64,000 nt of DNA, taken from Lama glama. Lineage: Eukaryota. The notes under the pieces are model-generated. The model was not told the DNA's origin. It did not search any database and was given only the letters and a program-made list of their open reading frames with translations. Position numbers and translations under genes: made by a program. The first letter of the stretch is position 1. Each line of letters opens with the position of its first letter. Of the stretch, positions 51,180-64,000 are shown in pieces. The stretch is taken from contig CM052818.1 of assembly GCA_028534125.1 (NCBI GenBank), positions 49,726,001 through 49,790,000 of the forward strand. The letters are read 5' to 3'.

Positions 51180-51326
51180 TGCTTCACCTGGACGGATGAT
51201 CACAATGCAGATGGCCAGGCCCCAGCCCCAGAGTTTCTGCATCTGCAGATTTGCGGCCCAGAATACGCTTTTCTAACAAGTTCCCCGCTATTCCTACTGA
51301 TTTCAGCACCCTGCTGAGAACACTGC
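51180..51326. mobile_element. MER5A-like fragment
   Basis: AATGCAGAT..GGCCCCAGCCCCAGAGTTTCTG...TTTCTAACAAGTTCCC...TGAGAACACTG. Confidence 0.55.
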
Positions 51327-54300
51327 TTAAAAGAACAGCCACAGTTACTAAGTTAGTAAACCCTCCTGATGCTTCCTACAGAGCAGGGACTCATCCAGGT
51401 GAAAAGCAGCCCCTGTGATCTGTGGTTACGACTCTGACTTGGGGGCTTATATTTTAACCAACAGTTGTTCAGTTTCTCTTCATGGCTGAAGATGGGAAGG
51501 TCAGCCTTAAGGGACTTCAGATCCTTTCCGGGTCTGCTGTCTACGTCCATGCCACGCCCGTGGCTCTGTCTTGGTCTGCGTGGATACCCTGTGGGTGCCA
51601 TGTTGCCAAAATCCTGTATGTGACATCCAGCAGATTAGACTGACTCTAAAACGTAGGTTTTGCATGAAACAAGTTATATGATGACAGATCCAGGATTTCT
51701 ACAAAATGTTAGAAAAAACACATAAATTCATTGCACTAAAATTTCTTTGCACCTTGTACTCATGACTTATTTCCATAGCTTTACATAATTTCATTTCTTA
51801 AGAAAACTAACTTCTCAGTTTGGAAGCATTTCCAAAGTATGCTTCACACAGATCAAACTTTTTGAAGTTGGTATAAATGAAAACATTACTGATTAATCTA
51901 ATGAGAAAAAGTAACACCTTCCTTTGATGCTCTGCTCCTGCTGAGATAAAATCCTCATGTTCTTTGATGTTTATTTCTTCTCTGATTAATGTCAGAGCAC
52001 TGATCAGATCTAAAATCAGATCTGAAGTTGTGTTTGTTGATTGACTCCTGATTTGCAGCCCATAGGGATGGTAAAGAAATAGTTGCAAAATCAAAATGGT
52101 TTGAATCAGTAAGAAATTGCACATCTTTACACAAGATTGCGTCAGGTGGTCTCCTCAGTAACTGAAACAATTTATGGTTTTGAATTTCTTTTTCAGGCTC
52201 AAGAGCCCACTGAAAAATACCTGAAAGACCTCCAGAGAGGCGTCCTCTTCAGAAATGCAGAACCAGTCTTCCTACGTGAAAATCAACGTATCACAGGAGA
52301 CCTTTGCATCAGAAAAATAATCTACAGAAAGACGCTCGCCCCCCCTGCGCAGTGACCTTTCTTCTTTCTAGCTGTTTTGCACTATAATTTGCAGGAGGCC
52401 ACCTCCTGGACTTGCAGGCTTCTGTGGCCTTTTTGGCCTGGAAGACCCAGCGATTCCTGTGCCGTCTAAGGGCACATTCGTGAGGAGAGCAGGAAAGAAG
52501 TCCCAGCCGGAAAGGAGGAGTGAGTCCTGGAGAGAAGCACCAGCCGTCAGGAGCTGCGCCACCGCGAGGCTGGAGATTCGAGGGGCGGACGTTCGTGCTG
52601 AGGTGTCATATTCACAAGGCTACGGGTCGGGCACGCGCGCCCTCAGTGGGACTTCAGACCTCTGAAAGCCTCTAGGACGTCAGAACCAGTGGGAGATCGC
52701 TCCACATCCAGACCCACCGCTCGCCTTGTGGGAAACCCGTCTAGTCGTGCTCCCGATCACAGCAGAGGGCTGGGCCGGCGCCTCCGAGCCGGGGTCCCTG
52801 GGGCCGTCGTCCCGCGCCCGCCCGTCCCTGGCCGCTGCGCTCGGTCAAGGGCGTCCACCTCCGAGAGCCCCAGCTTCCTTTCTCAAGAAAAAACTGTCAG
52901 TAACATTGTCAAGGGCTGTTTGAAAGGTGCCAGGAGTCAACCGATGAGGAAAATGCCTGGGACCAGCCGGGGCCAGCGCGGCGCTCCCTCCGCCCTCGGC
53001 ACGAGCCCCGCGCGCTGCTTCCCCACGCACTCCGGGCCCAGCCCCTCCCCGGGCGCCCCAGCCTGCTCCACCGGCAGGAGCGAGCGTGTGATGAGGGGCG
53101 GGGATGGGGCTCACAGACGGGGGCTGCTCCTTCGTCAACAAGGGACCCAGGAAACGACTGTCCAGCTCTGGCCTCGGTGGCCTCGGTGACCCCACCCACA
53201 AGGCGGGCGTTTGGGGAGCCCTGAAGACGTCCGCTCTGCTCCCGAGGGTTGAACTAGGTCACGCCTGTGGGTGGAACAGCGACGTTCTCGAGGCGTGTGC
53301 GGACCTCGGCGCGAGCTGCTGGAAGACGTCGCTAAGAAACGCTGCTGTGTGGCAAGTGCAATCGACAGGGCTCACAAAGAGCCGCAGCTTAGAACCGGAA
53401 AGCGAAGGCGATGCCTGTGACTTACCTCCACCGCTTCGCATTGTTCATGCTTCTAAGTTTGAATGATGAACACAGAGTCATCCTGCGGTCCAGCCCACGT
53501 CCTCTGTCCAGGTGGAAGGATTCGGGAATTTATTTTTTGTTATCTTCTTCCATGTTTCTATCTTCCAGAAGCTTAATGAGCAGAATTTTTATTATTTTTT
53601 TTACTACATTACACGCGGCTACTGAAATTGCCTAAAAGAAACACCTTTAGGTTTCCTTTTAACAGTTCCTAATTCACAACGGAAACCTGTTCTCCCATCT
53701 AAATGGTGCAACTATCCGCTGAGTTTCTTCAGAACCAGAAATGAGATTGTCACCAGATCACTCACCTGACCCAGTGCAGGAGGAGGAGGACTCGTTCTGT
53801 TTTGTGGTGTCACTTTTACAACCTCAGGGACATCAGTTCTCAGGGGAAATTGCGCCAAACACTAACACACGCTGCTCCCAGGAGCCTTCCCTGATCTGCT
53901 GTTACAACGTGATTTTCCAAAATTTCAGTCTATCATTCTAGGAACTCATCTTGCTTCCCAGGTCCAAGTACTTATGTGACTCACAGTAACTGGCCTTCTT
54001 GGCGTCTGGTTTCAGGAAATCTTGGCAGAGCGACATTCGCCCTGTTCAGTGACCCTCCCTCACTTCCCCGCCCGTCTCCCCGGATGTGTGTGTGTGTTTG
54101 TTTCTTGGTCTCTCCAAAACACATCTTGCAGGCGTCTCCCACTCTTCTTTCAGTTTTGGTGTTTTGCTCATTTTTTTTATTGTTTTCATTTTAATTATTT
54201 GAACACAGCTTTTTGCAATGCCTTCCCATTTCATTGTTCTTGGAAACTGTCAAAACAGAAAACTACGTTTCTAATGCAGGTAGACACATGTCTTTTGGTA

Positions 54301-57300
54301 TCTTTGCTTATTTTCGTTATAAATCTGATTACAGTCTTTTAGACAGATCAGAAGGCGAAGGAGTATCAGCGGTTGGGACCATGACCCCAGCATCTCCTAC
54401 TGTTCAGCAGGCACAGAGTCATTTGACTGGAACAAGACAGGAATTAACAAGTGCCTGCAGGAGCCACATCCTGGTCCCCCCTCCCGGATGGGTATGAAAC
54501 GGAATCGCCTCCCATTGCCTAGCCCTCAAAAAGCTCACCAGTGGGCGTTGGCTGATGAGCAACCTCGGATTTGGCCAATGAGGCAGAAAGCAGAACGAGG
54601 TACAGAGCATGTTTGTGGTGAAGCAAACTAAAACTAAATGAAGAAGAGAGCTGTGCAGACACCAGCACAACACACAGTTAAAGACGTGAGGGAGTCATGG
54701 AGGTCGGTGACACCGTCACCGGTGCAGGGAGTGGCTGGATTACGGTGCACTCTGGCAAGATGAGACAGAAAGGAAACCGACTTCGGGAAATTTATGCTAG
54801 ATGTTATCATAATCTCCTCTGGGGCCAGCCAGAAGGAATATGCATGGAGAACCCCTTTTATGCCTTAAAAGAATAAAAATAAATTCAACAAAATTCACAT
54901 GGGAACAAACTGGAATGAGATCAAATTCGAGCGCACGGACTCACACACAGCCTTTGGGACACATCCCGCCAATACTTGTTCTCCTCCAAGAGTGGTTTTG
55001 AGTAACGTCGCCACGTGACGACATGGGGCCAGCTCAACGTGGGGCACTGACAACTCTGTGGCCCGCTGAGGGCTGGGCCTGCGCCGCAGCCACAGCAGGA
55101 GGCTGAGGGCTGGGCTGTTTTTTGTTCTTCCCTTCATTCTTGAATCCCAACACCTGGAACAGACGCTTTCTGGCGCACAGTAGGCACTGAATAAATTGTT
55201 TTGCGGAAGGAAGGAGGGGAGGGAGGGAGAGTGAGCTTTGGGGAAAATGATGAACAAATGCCTCCAGTGCCTCACGCATTTCCCAGATACTCTGACGTTT
55301 TGAGATTCTTTATAAACCTCCCGATTTGCTTTCATATCTTCCCAAATAAAACTTTTTCATTAATAATTATGAGCTGCAACTGTAACAGTTGATCTGAGTT
55401 TCTTTGCTACTGACTCGAATTTTCTAGCAAATTAAATGACAAAATAAGTTTTCTGCTCAAATCCAAATAGACACTTTTTTAGTACACAAGATTTTTTCTT
55501 CATTGATTATGCTATGGGCAGAGGTTTTTTTATTTTTAGTGAATTGGAAAGTATTTCGAGGTCCTACCTATATGACAGGCACAAACACATACATCATAAG
55601 CAATAAATAATCCATCTCTTCAACTGAGAACAGCATAAAAAGTGTAATTCTTTTTCTCAAAAGGCAACGTGGAAAGCACAANNNNNNNNNNNNNNNNNNN
55701 NNNNNNNNNNNNNNNNNNNNNNNNNNNNNNNNNNNNNNNNNNNNNNNNNNNNNNNNNNNNNNNNNNNNNNNNNNNNNNNNNNNNNNNNNNNNNNNNNNNN
55801 NNNNNNNNNNNNNNNNNNNNNNNNNNNNNNNNNNNNNNNNNNNNNNNNNNNNNNNNNNNNNNNNNNNNNNNNNNNNNNNNNNNNNNNNNNNNNNNNNNNN
55901 NNNNNNNNNNNNNNNNNNNNNNNNNNNNNNNNNNNNNNNNNNNNNNNNNNNNNNNNNNNNNNNNNNNNNNNNNNNNNNNNNNNNNNNNNNNNNNNNNNNN
56001 NNNNNNNNNNNNNNNNNNNNNNNNNNNNNNNNNNNNNNNNNNNNNNNNNNNNNNNNNNNNNNNNNNNNNNNNNNNNNNNNNNNNNNNNNNNNNNNNNNNN
56101 NNNNNNNNNNNNNNNNNNNNNNNNNNNNNNNNNNNNNNNNNNNNNNNNNNNNNNNNNNNNNNNNNNNNNNNNNNNNNNNNNCAAGGTCGGTGCCACGCTC
56201 CTGCCTCCCGCCACCACCCAGGGATGGCGCTTTTCCTGACCACTCATGGCTAAGCCCTTCCACTTGATCTTGCAGTGTGATCGGATACATCCAGTTTCAT
56301 GGGGAAACGATGGATTTCTGAGACTAGCAGACCTGGACTCCAACCCAGTGTGGGCCAAGCCGACATAGCTGGCCCGTCAGCCATGGGGAGCGGGACTCCC
56401 CGTCTAGGTCACAAATCCGTACTCAGCCTACCTCTCCATCTCCCCCTACATGGCTCTCACCGTTCCAAGTACTTTCCAGGAATTCTGCTATCCCATGCAC
56501 AGATCCATCACCACAGAACTATGCCCAACACCCTGTCTTTTATTTCATTTCTGTATTTTTCCAGCTCCTCTCCTGTGTTCACCATCCAATTCTCCACTCC
56601 ACCCCTGCCCTGGCCCAGAGCACCCCCAGGAAGCACCCCGTGGGCCTGGTTTCTGTCTTTGAATGAGTCTTGTGCATAACGAGTATATGGTAGAATGTTG
56701 GTTGACCTCCTGGCGTAGAGGGGGGCCCTCGCTCTGCTTCTCACAAACGTCACTCAGCAGTGTCACATGTCCGCCAGGCAGCGCAGACGGGGCTGGTCCA
56801 CGGCTGACGCTCGGCACCTCCCTGTGTCCCCCGTGGCATCCACCCCCCACCCTTCTAGCTTACACACCCTGCGGCGCCGGCATCCCCTCACCATGGCAAA
56901 TTCTGTTCCTGCTGCGCTGGAGGCTAGTCACGTGTCGCCAGGTGCCTCCAGGCTGCTGTCAAGACAGACAACCAGGCCCACTCGCACCCCACCCCCGTGC
57001 ATGTGACTTCATTTCTGTCCATCCTCTACCAGCAGCTGGACTTCCCAGGCTTTTGATTTTGAAAGTCCAATGGGTGTGAAGTGGAGGAGAGATACCGTTT
57101 AATGTGTGTTTCTCTGATTCCGCGGGCGTCTCCTCATGGTCTTCCAAGCGCTCAGTCCCTCCTCTTCTGAACTGTCTGCTCATTTTCGTGGCGCATGTTT
57201 CCTGAGTCTCCTCGCTCTTTCCTTCTTCGTTCAAGAAGCAGCCTACGCTGAGAAGCCGGGAGCCCCGGGTCGGCTTTAGATGCTGGCAATGCTTCCTAGT

Positions 57301-58020
57301 GCATCACTTGTCTCCTCCCCACCCTGTACCTTCTTTGGACAGAAACAGCATTTTGAGTCATCAGATCCATTCCTTTTCCTCATGGGTTGTGCCTGTGAAA
57401 CACTGTTTATGGGTCCTTCCCCCACCCAGGATTGTAAAGACGCACCCACACGTCCTTCACACATGGGTCTTCAGTCCTCCCAGCACGACCTTTGTTTGCT
57501 CCGAGGCAGCGACCCAACGATCTTTCCTCCGTAGACTGTGTTACCCCCACCCCGGTTACCGAATCATTCATCCTTCCCGCACCGCTGTGTGGAGTCTCCA
57601 CCATCACACGCCGGCTCCCAAATCTCTAAACACGTGTCTGAAATCTGTGCTCTACCTCTTCTGTCTACAGGCCGGTCCTTCCACCGAGTGCAGAACTTTC
57701 CTCACTGCCGCTTTCAAGTGTATCTTAGTATCTATCTGGTAGACTAATTCCACCACTTTGTTCTTTCTCCTTTTTCAAAGATTTCTTGTTGATTCTGGAC
57801 ATTCGCTGTTCCATAAATTTAAAATGGCTTGATTTTTTAAATAATCATGCTAGAATTTTTACTGGAAGAACATTACACAGCTAGATTTATTGGGGTGGGG
57901 AGCAGACTTCACAATGCAATTTGCCTCATCCATGAATATGGTATAGATCTTGCCTTTTTTCATACCGGATGTCATGTCCTTTAATAGATTTTTAAATATT
58001 ATTTTCATAAGGGCCTCAGG

Positions 58021-58087
58021 TATTTAGGTTAATATTTTGTTAATATTTAGGTTAATATTTAATATTTAGGTTAATACTTAGGTTAAT
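58021..58087 (+). repeat. AT-rich tandem repeat, 12-bp unit TTAATATTTAGG (about 5 copies) within an old L1 fragment
   Basis: Directly visible tandem copies. Confidence 0.8.
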
Positions 58088-60224
58088 TCTTTGACTGTTT
58101 GTAGCTATGATGGCTGTTGTGGATGAAATTTCACTTTCTACCTTATTTCCTCATCGGTCGTTGCTGGTTGGAATTGTTTGTACATAGTTTGCACCGGTGG
58201 AGAAGCTTCTCATGAGACATCACCCTTCGGCTTGCCTGGGTCGTGGAACTGAGCTTTGAAGCACGAGGACCAGCGGAGACGCAGCTTGCACTGGGAGCAG
58301 GCCTGCCCTGGCGGACCAGCACGGAGAGCAGGCCGGCGGCCGTGCAGCCACAGCATCACCCCCGGTCACAAACCCAGACTTGGCCCTCGGGCTGCCGGAG
58401 CCACTCCACCCGTTCCTGTGTCTCCTTGAGACACACTCCTGAGTAGCCTCCTCCCCTGTAACTGGCAGGCTTGTCTAACAGGCCCCACAGGGCTGGTTTG
58501 ATGATTATAGGACACAGTGCAGAGAGCACCTGGGAGTGCCGGGCACACAGCCAGCTCTCAGGGCCGGCTGCCTTTCCTGTCACTGGCCGTGCGACCACTG
58601 TCACTGCCACTACTTGCGTGACCACAGTAAAATAATCCAGTCAGTCTGGGTTTCACTCTTCTCATTGGAAAATAAAAATAAAGACCTTGAGGTTCCTTTT
58701 CTCACCCGCCTCAGAGTCTTGTCACGGGGACGAAATGGGAAAATGGGAAAAATCACTCTGTAAACTGTAAAGGGCTGCAGGCGTCTACGGCACTGTGATG
58801 ATGGTCCCTGGTGCTTGTTTGCTCCATGCCCTTTCCCTTCGGAACCACGCTGTCCATCTTGCCTTTGTGTGTACCTGCGCATTGTCAGTAACAATTCAGA
58901 CTCACTGGCTGGGTGTCTGCTGTGTGCTGTGCGATGCTCGGTGATTCCAAGCTTAGAAATGCCCCTTCCTGGTGGCCCTAGCATTCCCCGCACAGGGCGT
59001 GCTTCAGATGGGCTCTACGGTAACCAGCGGGCCAAGACCCAGCCTGCCTGATCTGCCGAACGGTCAGTGAGAAAACCCGAAGATAAACCAAAACCAAGAA
59101 GCCTCGCTTAACGCGTGATGATACTGTGGCTAAAGGCTCCCACGACTGACGTCCTGTGCCTGCTGCAGACGGGACGTGCCGGGAAAACGTGTGATTCAGA
59201 GGAAGGAAAGAGGAGACTGGGAGGTGCTGAGACACTCTGACCGTCTCTGTATGTGAGCGTGGTGGTCGTAGTTTTATTTATCTTCCTAACAACACCTAAA
59301 AGCCGGCACACACGTGCGAGCACGCACACCCCCCCCCCACTTTGTACGTCTGCAACCTCGTCCACAAGGAGGAAGCTCAGGCGTGTCCCCGGAGTCGCGG
59401 AGCCGGACACGACGGAGCCGTTTTCCCGCAGAGCCTCGGGAGCCCCGGGGTCACAGCCTCACGGGGAACAGAAGGAGTTGGTTACACAGCTTCTGTTCGT
59501 TTAGAAACCCGCAGAGGCTACTCCAGACACTTTGCCAGGAGGGGTTTCACAGAGGGGGTGTTCACAAACGTTCTGGAAGAGCTGAAGGAGCAAGGGCGGC
59601 TACCCAGCGACCAGGAGCCTGTCCCCGGGGGGCCGTGCCCATAAGTGCCGGGCTGCCCCCGCCCCCCCGACACTCGCAGCGGGTGAGTAACCCCCGTCCC
59701 TGTTCCCGTGGGCGGAACCCAAGCCGGGCCCGGCCGGCAGACGAGCGTGGGGCTGCGGTGCGCAGGCGTCGGCCCCCGCCTGCGGAGGACATCGCAGGGG
59801 ACCAGTGTGAGCTGAGCTGCGGCGGACCAGTGGGCGGCTCGTTCACTGAATGGGCACGGAGAGTGGTTCACTGGGAGCACAGCTGCCATCCAAACTTCAC
59901 TTGGAAGATTCATCAGACCTTGCTCAGGAGCAAAGCAAGCAGGGCTTTGATTCACACGTTAGTGTGCATGTGTGTGTGTGCGTGAAATGCGTCTGCACGC
60001 CTTGAATCCTTGCTTCCGGAGAGGGCCTGGGCCACCCTCACCCTAACTCCTTCCGCTGCCTCCAGAAAGCACGAGGCACAGCCCCCGCGATCTCCCCGTG
60101 CCGCCCGAGCTGACTCAGGGGAAGAGGAGGCACTGGACGGGCACTGGGTCAGCAGCCGCCGATGTCCCACGAGGCGGAGGGGATACCTCAGAACCACAGG
60201 CACAGGGACCCCCTGTGTCCCCGG

Positions 60225-60615
60225 AGCTGAGGCCACCCAAACAGCTCCAGCGGCCAGAGCCTGAAATGAAGGTGTCGGCAGGGCTGGTGCTCTGTCACGG
60301 CTCCAGAGGTGCCCCCCAGCATCTGGCGGGGACTGGCCAGCCTGGGGGCGCCCCTGGGTCTGGGAGGCGTCACCTTGGTCTCTGCCTCTGTCCTCACACG
60401 GCCTCTCCCTGCGTCTCCACGTGCCCTTCCCCCTGTGCGTGTCTGCCCCAACTTCCCTCACTTCCGAGGACACCAGGGCTGTCGGCCTGGGGCCCGGCCT
60501 GCTCCAGCCTCGCCTCCCAGCCACCTGCGTGCCCGGCACACCTACTCCCACATCCATTCACATCCTTTAGTGCCGAGGGTTAGAGCCTCAACACGTCTTT
60601 TGGGGGGAGCTCAGC
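60225..60615 (-). mobile_element. MaLR (MLT1-like) LTR
   Basis: GAAATGAAGGTGTCGGCAGGGCTGGTGCTC...TCTCTGCCTCTGTCCTCACACGGCC...GGTTAGAGCCTCAACACGTCTTTTGGGGG. Confidence 0.7.
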
Positions 60616-63600
60616 TCCCGCAGGGCTCTCAGGAAGCACAGAAACGTGACTTAAAGTCCCTCATCGGCGCATCAATAACTCATCCAAGTAATTAGGACAC
60701 TCCTTCCGTGGGGGACGAGCTCCCAACTTCCCAGACACTCTGGGAACATCTAAACTATAAAATTAACGCATTCTTATTAACAGAAGACATTGCACAAAGT
60801 AACTTCCACCTTTTCAATGCCTGCTTTCCCCAGGAATCCCGGGGACGCCTCACCTGTGTTATCTCATCTTCACCCGCACACCCACCCTCCAAACAGCTGC
60901 TCGCATCTCCTCGCATCTCCCTCTGACAGTGGGAGAAACTGAGGCACAGACAGGAGGGTGGCCCTTCCAGAGGGAGCAGATCAGGAGGCTGGGGCGCTGC
61001 CTCGCCCTGAGCCAGAGCCGCTGCCTGGCGTGCCTGTCAGATGCAGACATGGAGACCACCTGTGGCCCCTGCCTGTCACCCTCCTCCTCCCTGCTGACCA
61101 CCGGGGCCCCGATTTCAAGGCTGCCCTGCCCCAGGTCCTCAGAGCCTCTCGCCTCTGGGTCTGTCTGGCCTCCCAGCACCGAACTCTCCAACCCGCCTTA
61201 GTCAAGGCACAAATGCCAGCCTTGCTCCCTGGCTGCTTGGGCACCAAACTGCTTCCACGTCACCTTCTGGAAAGCCACAAGCAACACAGGGGCAGGTGCC
61301 CATTTAGGCACAAGCCATTATAATCTTCTTGGATATTGTCAGAGGGAAGGACATTTGAGTGCCATTCGCTGTGGTCAGCGTCTTGGTCTAAGAGGTGAGC
61401 TGGGGGCTGGCCAGGGCCCCCACTGGCCCTCTGAGAGCTCCTGTGCCTACCGCGGGCTCTCAACACCACAAGCCCGTGTTTCAGCGGCGGTGCGGCGGGA
61501 CGGAGCACACGCACGAGGGTGGAGAGGTGTGGCTGCATCTTTAGCTCTGCCCCTCAGCACCAGTCGACTTCAAGACAGAGGCAATAACGGGTTCCTACGG
61601 CAGAGACATGCACCAGACGAGCCACTGAGGCCCGCAACCCCCTTCTGCTCTGCATGCAAAGACTCAAAATATTGGATGACTTCATGGATAACATTTGGAG
61701 GTGATGCATTTCTTGGATGAGCACAGGGGAAGGAAATCAACTGATTTCACTTTCTATTTTTGTTGAAGGAGTTGTCAAAAGACCTGCCCCTTTTCCAAGA
61801 CGCCCTAATCCCAGATTCTAGAAAGTCTCCTTTGTCCTCCTTCGTCCTGCTCTCCCGAGGAGCGAGGGGCGCGGGAGGTCTTCATGAATAGACACATGTG
61901 TGAGACGGGAACAGGGAAGCACCTCACGTGGCGCTTCCACCATGCTTGTGTCCATGGCGTGGTTTAGGCCAGCAATGGTAGAGATAATTTTTGCAAATTA
62001 AAATTCTGGTAAAGTAGAAATTATGAAAGCACATTCACAGCATAAACAGATAAAAAGATCCCAAAGATGCTGTGGCGGGGGCCATGTGCCCTGCAGCAGG
62101 GACGACAGATCTTGACGTGTGCACCTGAGGAAGGGCAGCCCCAGGCCCGAGAGGCAGGCAGAGAATTGCCTTTTTCTGGCTTTGGAATCCAGTGCGGAAG
62201 CTGTAAATGTACCCACCTTTCATTTTATTTCAACAACCAGCTCTATTATTGACAGACACCTGGACCACGTGGTGTTTTTTTTCCATTGCGGAGAATCCAA
62301 GAAAAAATTAAAGTTTGCATCGCAAAGTTTCCTCGCTGAATGGTCCCCGCGGGAAAGCCAGGTGTTACGGTTCTAAGGTCTGTTCAGTTGCAAGAAATAG
62401 TGCAGAGCGGGGATTGAAGACAGCATCACGCCAAACGTGATGCCTTGAGCCTGTCGCCGGATCCTTGCAGAGCCTACTGACAAACGGGTCAAGCCCCCAG
62501 CACTTGTCTCCACCCGCACGACAACCCTGGGACCCGGCGTCATGGAGAAACCAGGATGCAGGCCCGGGACTCCGGTGCGCCCGGAAGGCTCTGCCCTCCC
62601 AGTGGCTTGGGGTCCTGGCACCACCTGCATCTGGTCATCTGCCACCTCCCATCCCCGAGGGCCTTGTCTTCACGCACAAACCATCTGACCAGGATATGTT
62701 TTAGAAAGCAAAGCAAAGCACAATGAGAATGACAGAATTCAGCTTTTTAAATCGGTGTGAGTTGCCTGCATGCAGCCAAACGACCAGCCTTTGTCAGTCC
62801 CCTCCAGCAGCCACAGGCTGAGACTGTGCGGAGAGCCCGGGGCCAGCACTCAGAGAGGGGCACGCGCGGCCCCTGGGGACGAGGGAGGCTGGAGACCGGC
62901 CTGGGGCTGGCTCCGTCCCCTCTGCCGCTGACTGTCCTCAAAGCGAGATGCACAGGTTGGCAGAAAATGCTTATCGCAGAGAATTTCCCCAATCTGATCA
63001 TAACTGATGCAACGTCCTGTGTAAAATCACTTCCTGTTCCCTGATTGCAGAGCCGAAAATGCGATTTAATCAGAGCATTTGCCACCGTTCGGAGTCCGTG
63101 CAGCTGAAAACAGGTGCGGCTCCCCAGCCCCCCTGCACCCGGGAGCAAGCTGGGAGCAGCGTCACGGCAGACACGCAGGCTGGCTAGAAGGCAGCTCAGG
63201 TCTGCGGTTCCTACACGGGTTGGGATGTCTCCTCACTGCACGAAGGCTCCACATGCTAAACCATAGTTCCCACTCGGGCGCCACCTGCTCAGCTCAACAC
63301 GGCCCCCATCGGCCCACCCATCCCGCCGCCCTCCCTTAGGACCACCGGCCACCATCCACACTCACTCGGGGAATGGCCCGTTTCACACACCCTCTTCCCT
63401 TTACTCCCATTTCGCACGTGGACAAAGCACGCACCAGAGAGAAGGGACTGGCACAAAGTCACACAGCCTGAAGTCTCAGGTCACCCCCACTGCCCGGTGG
63501 GGCCATCGGACCCTCCTGCTGGGGTCACGGGGAACAGCAGGAAAAGGCCCTTCCCCCAGCCTCGAGCAGCTTCCATTCCTTCTGAAACGTCCCCAGGGCC

Positions 63601-63674
63601 CTTCATGCGTCCGAGGTGTTGTTACAAGTGCTGAAGACGCAGAAGGGTTTTGTTTGTTTGTTTGTTTTTATTGA

Positions 63675-63860
63675 CTAGCCAAGACATGGAGGCGACTTAA
63701 GTGTCCGTCAACAGATGACCAGCTAAAGAAGATGTGGCATGTTTATACACAACGGAATACTACTCAGCCATGGAAAAGAATAAGATAATGCCATTTGCAG
63801 TAACATGGATGGGCCTGGAGGTTGTCATACTGAGTGAAGTGGGTCAGACAGAGAAGGATA
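63675..63860 (+). mobile_element. L1 ORF2 C-terminal fragment
   Basis: Translates to YTTEYYSAMEKNKIMPFAVTWMGLEVVILSEV. Confidence 0.85.
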
Positions 63861-64000
63861 CAGTGGTTTTAAAAGATGAGCAGGATCTCTGTCCTTATGC
63901 AGCTCACAGTCTAGCAAATAGAACGAGATAATAACACAGTAACAGCTAAGGCACATGGGCTGGGGGAAGGTGGCGGAGGTATGCACGTGGGAATGCAACA

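Noticed and set aside
51807..52124. 105-aa AT-rich minus-strand ORF
   Set aside because: No recognisable homology and no convincing exon boundaries.
38927..64000. Coding exons of expected neighbours (TRAPPC12, ADI1, RNASEH1, ALLC, DCDC2C, later EIPR1 exons)
   Set aside because: None recognised by eye in the ORF track or the sequence; short exons could have been missed, so these contigs are left unassigned.

Overview
Mammalian genomic DNA, probably camelid judging by Vic-1-type tRNA-derived SINEs, and homologous to the human 2p25.3 subtelomeric gene cluster. It is a draft scaffold with four 500-N joins (2421-2920, 22769-23268, 38427-38926, 55682-56181) and one 100-N gap (48855-48954). Recognisable genes: COLEC11 non-coding exon 1 and first coding exon (-), RPS7 last two exons with polyA signal (-), EIPR1/TSSC1 exons 1-2 (-), and the head-to-head CpG promoter with probable TRAPPC12 non-coding exon 1 (+). 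The rest is intron or intergenic DNA with L1 fragments, solo LTRs, MaLR, MER DNA transposons, MIRs, SINEs and simple repeats. I could not assign a gene to the segments after 38.9 kb, which include an orphan CpG island. Best observations: (1) a decayed U17/SNORA73 H/ACA snoRNA in RPS7 intron 6; (2) gene order and orientation across the 22.8-kb gap that contradict conserved synteny, probably mis-scaffolding; (3) a three-level nested TE cluster with target-site duplications; (4) strong AT-to-GC drift in old repeats; (5) a consensus CTCF motif inside a MER20 between RPS7 and COLEC11. I find no support for a novel multi-gene system, and most ORFs in the track are spurious. Comparisons with reference sequences are from memory and need confirming by alignment.
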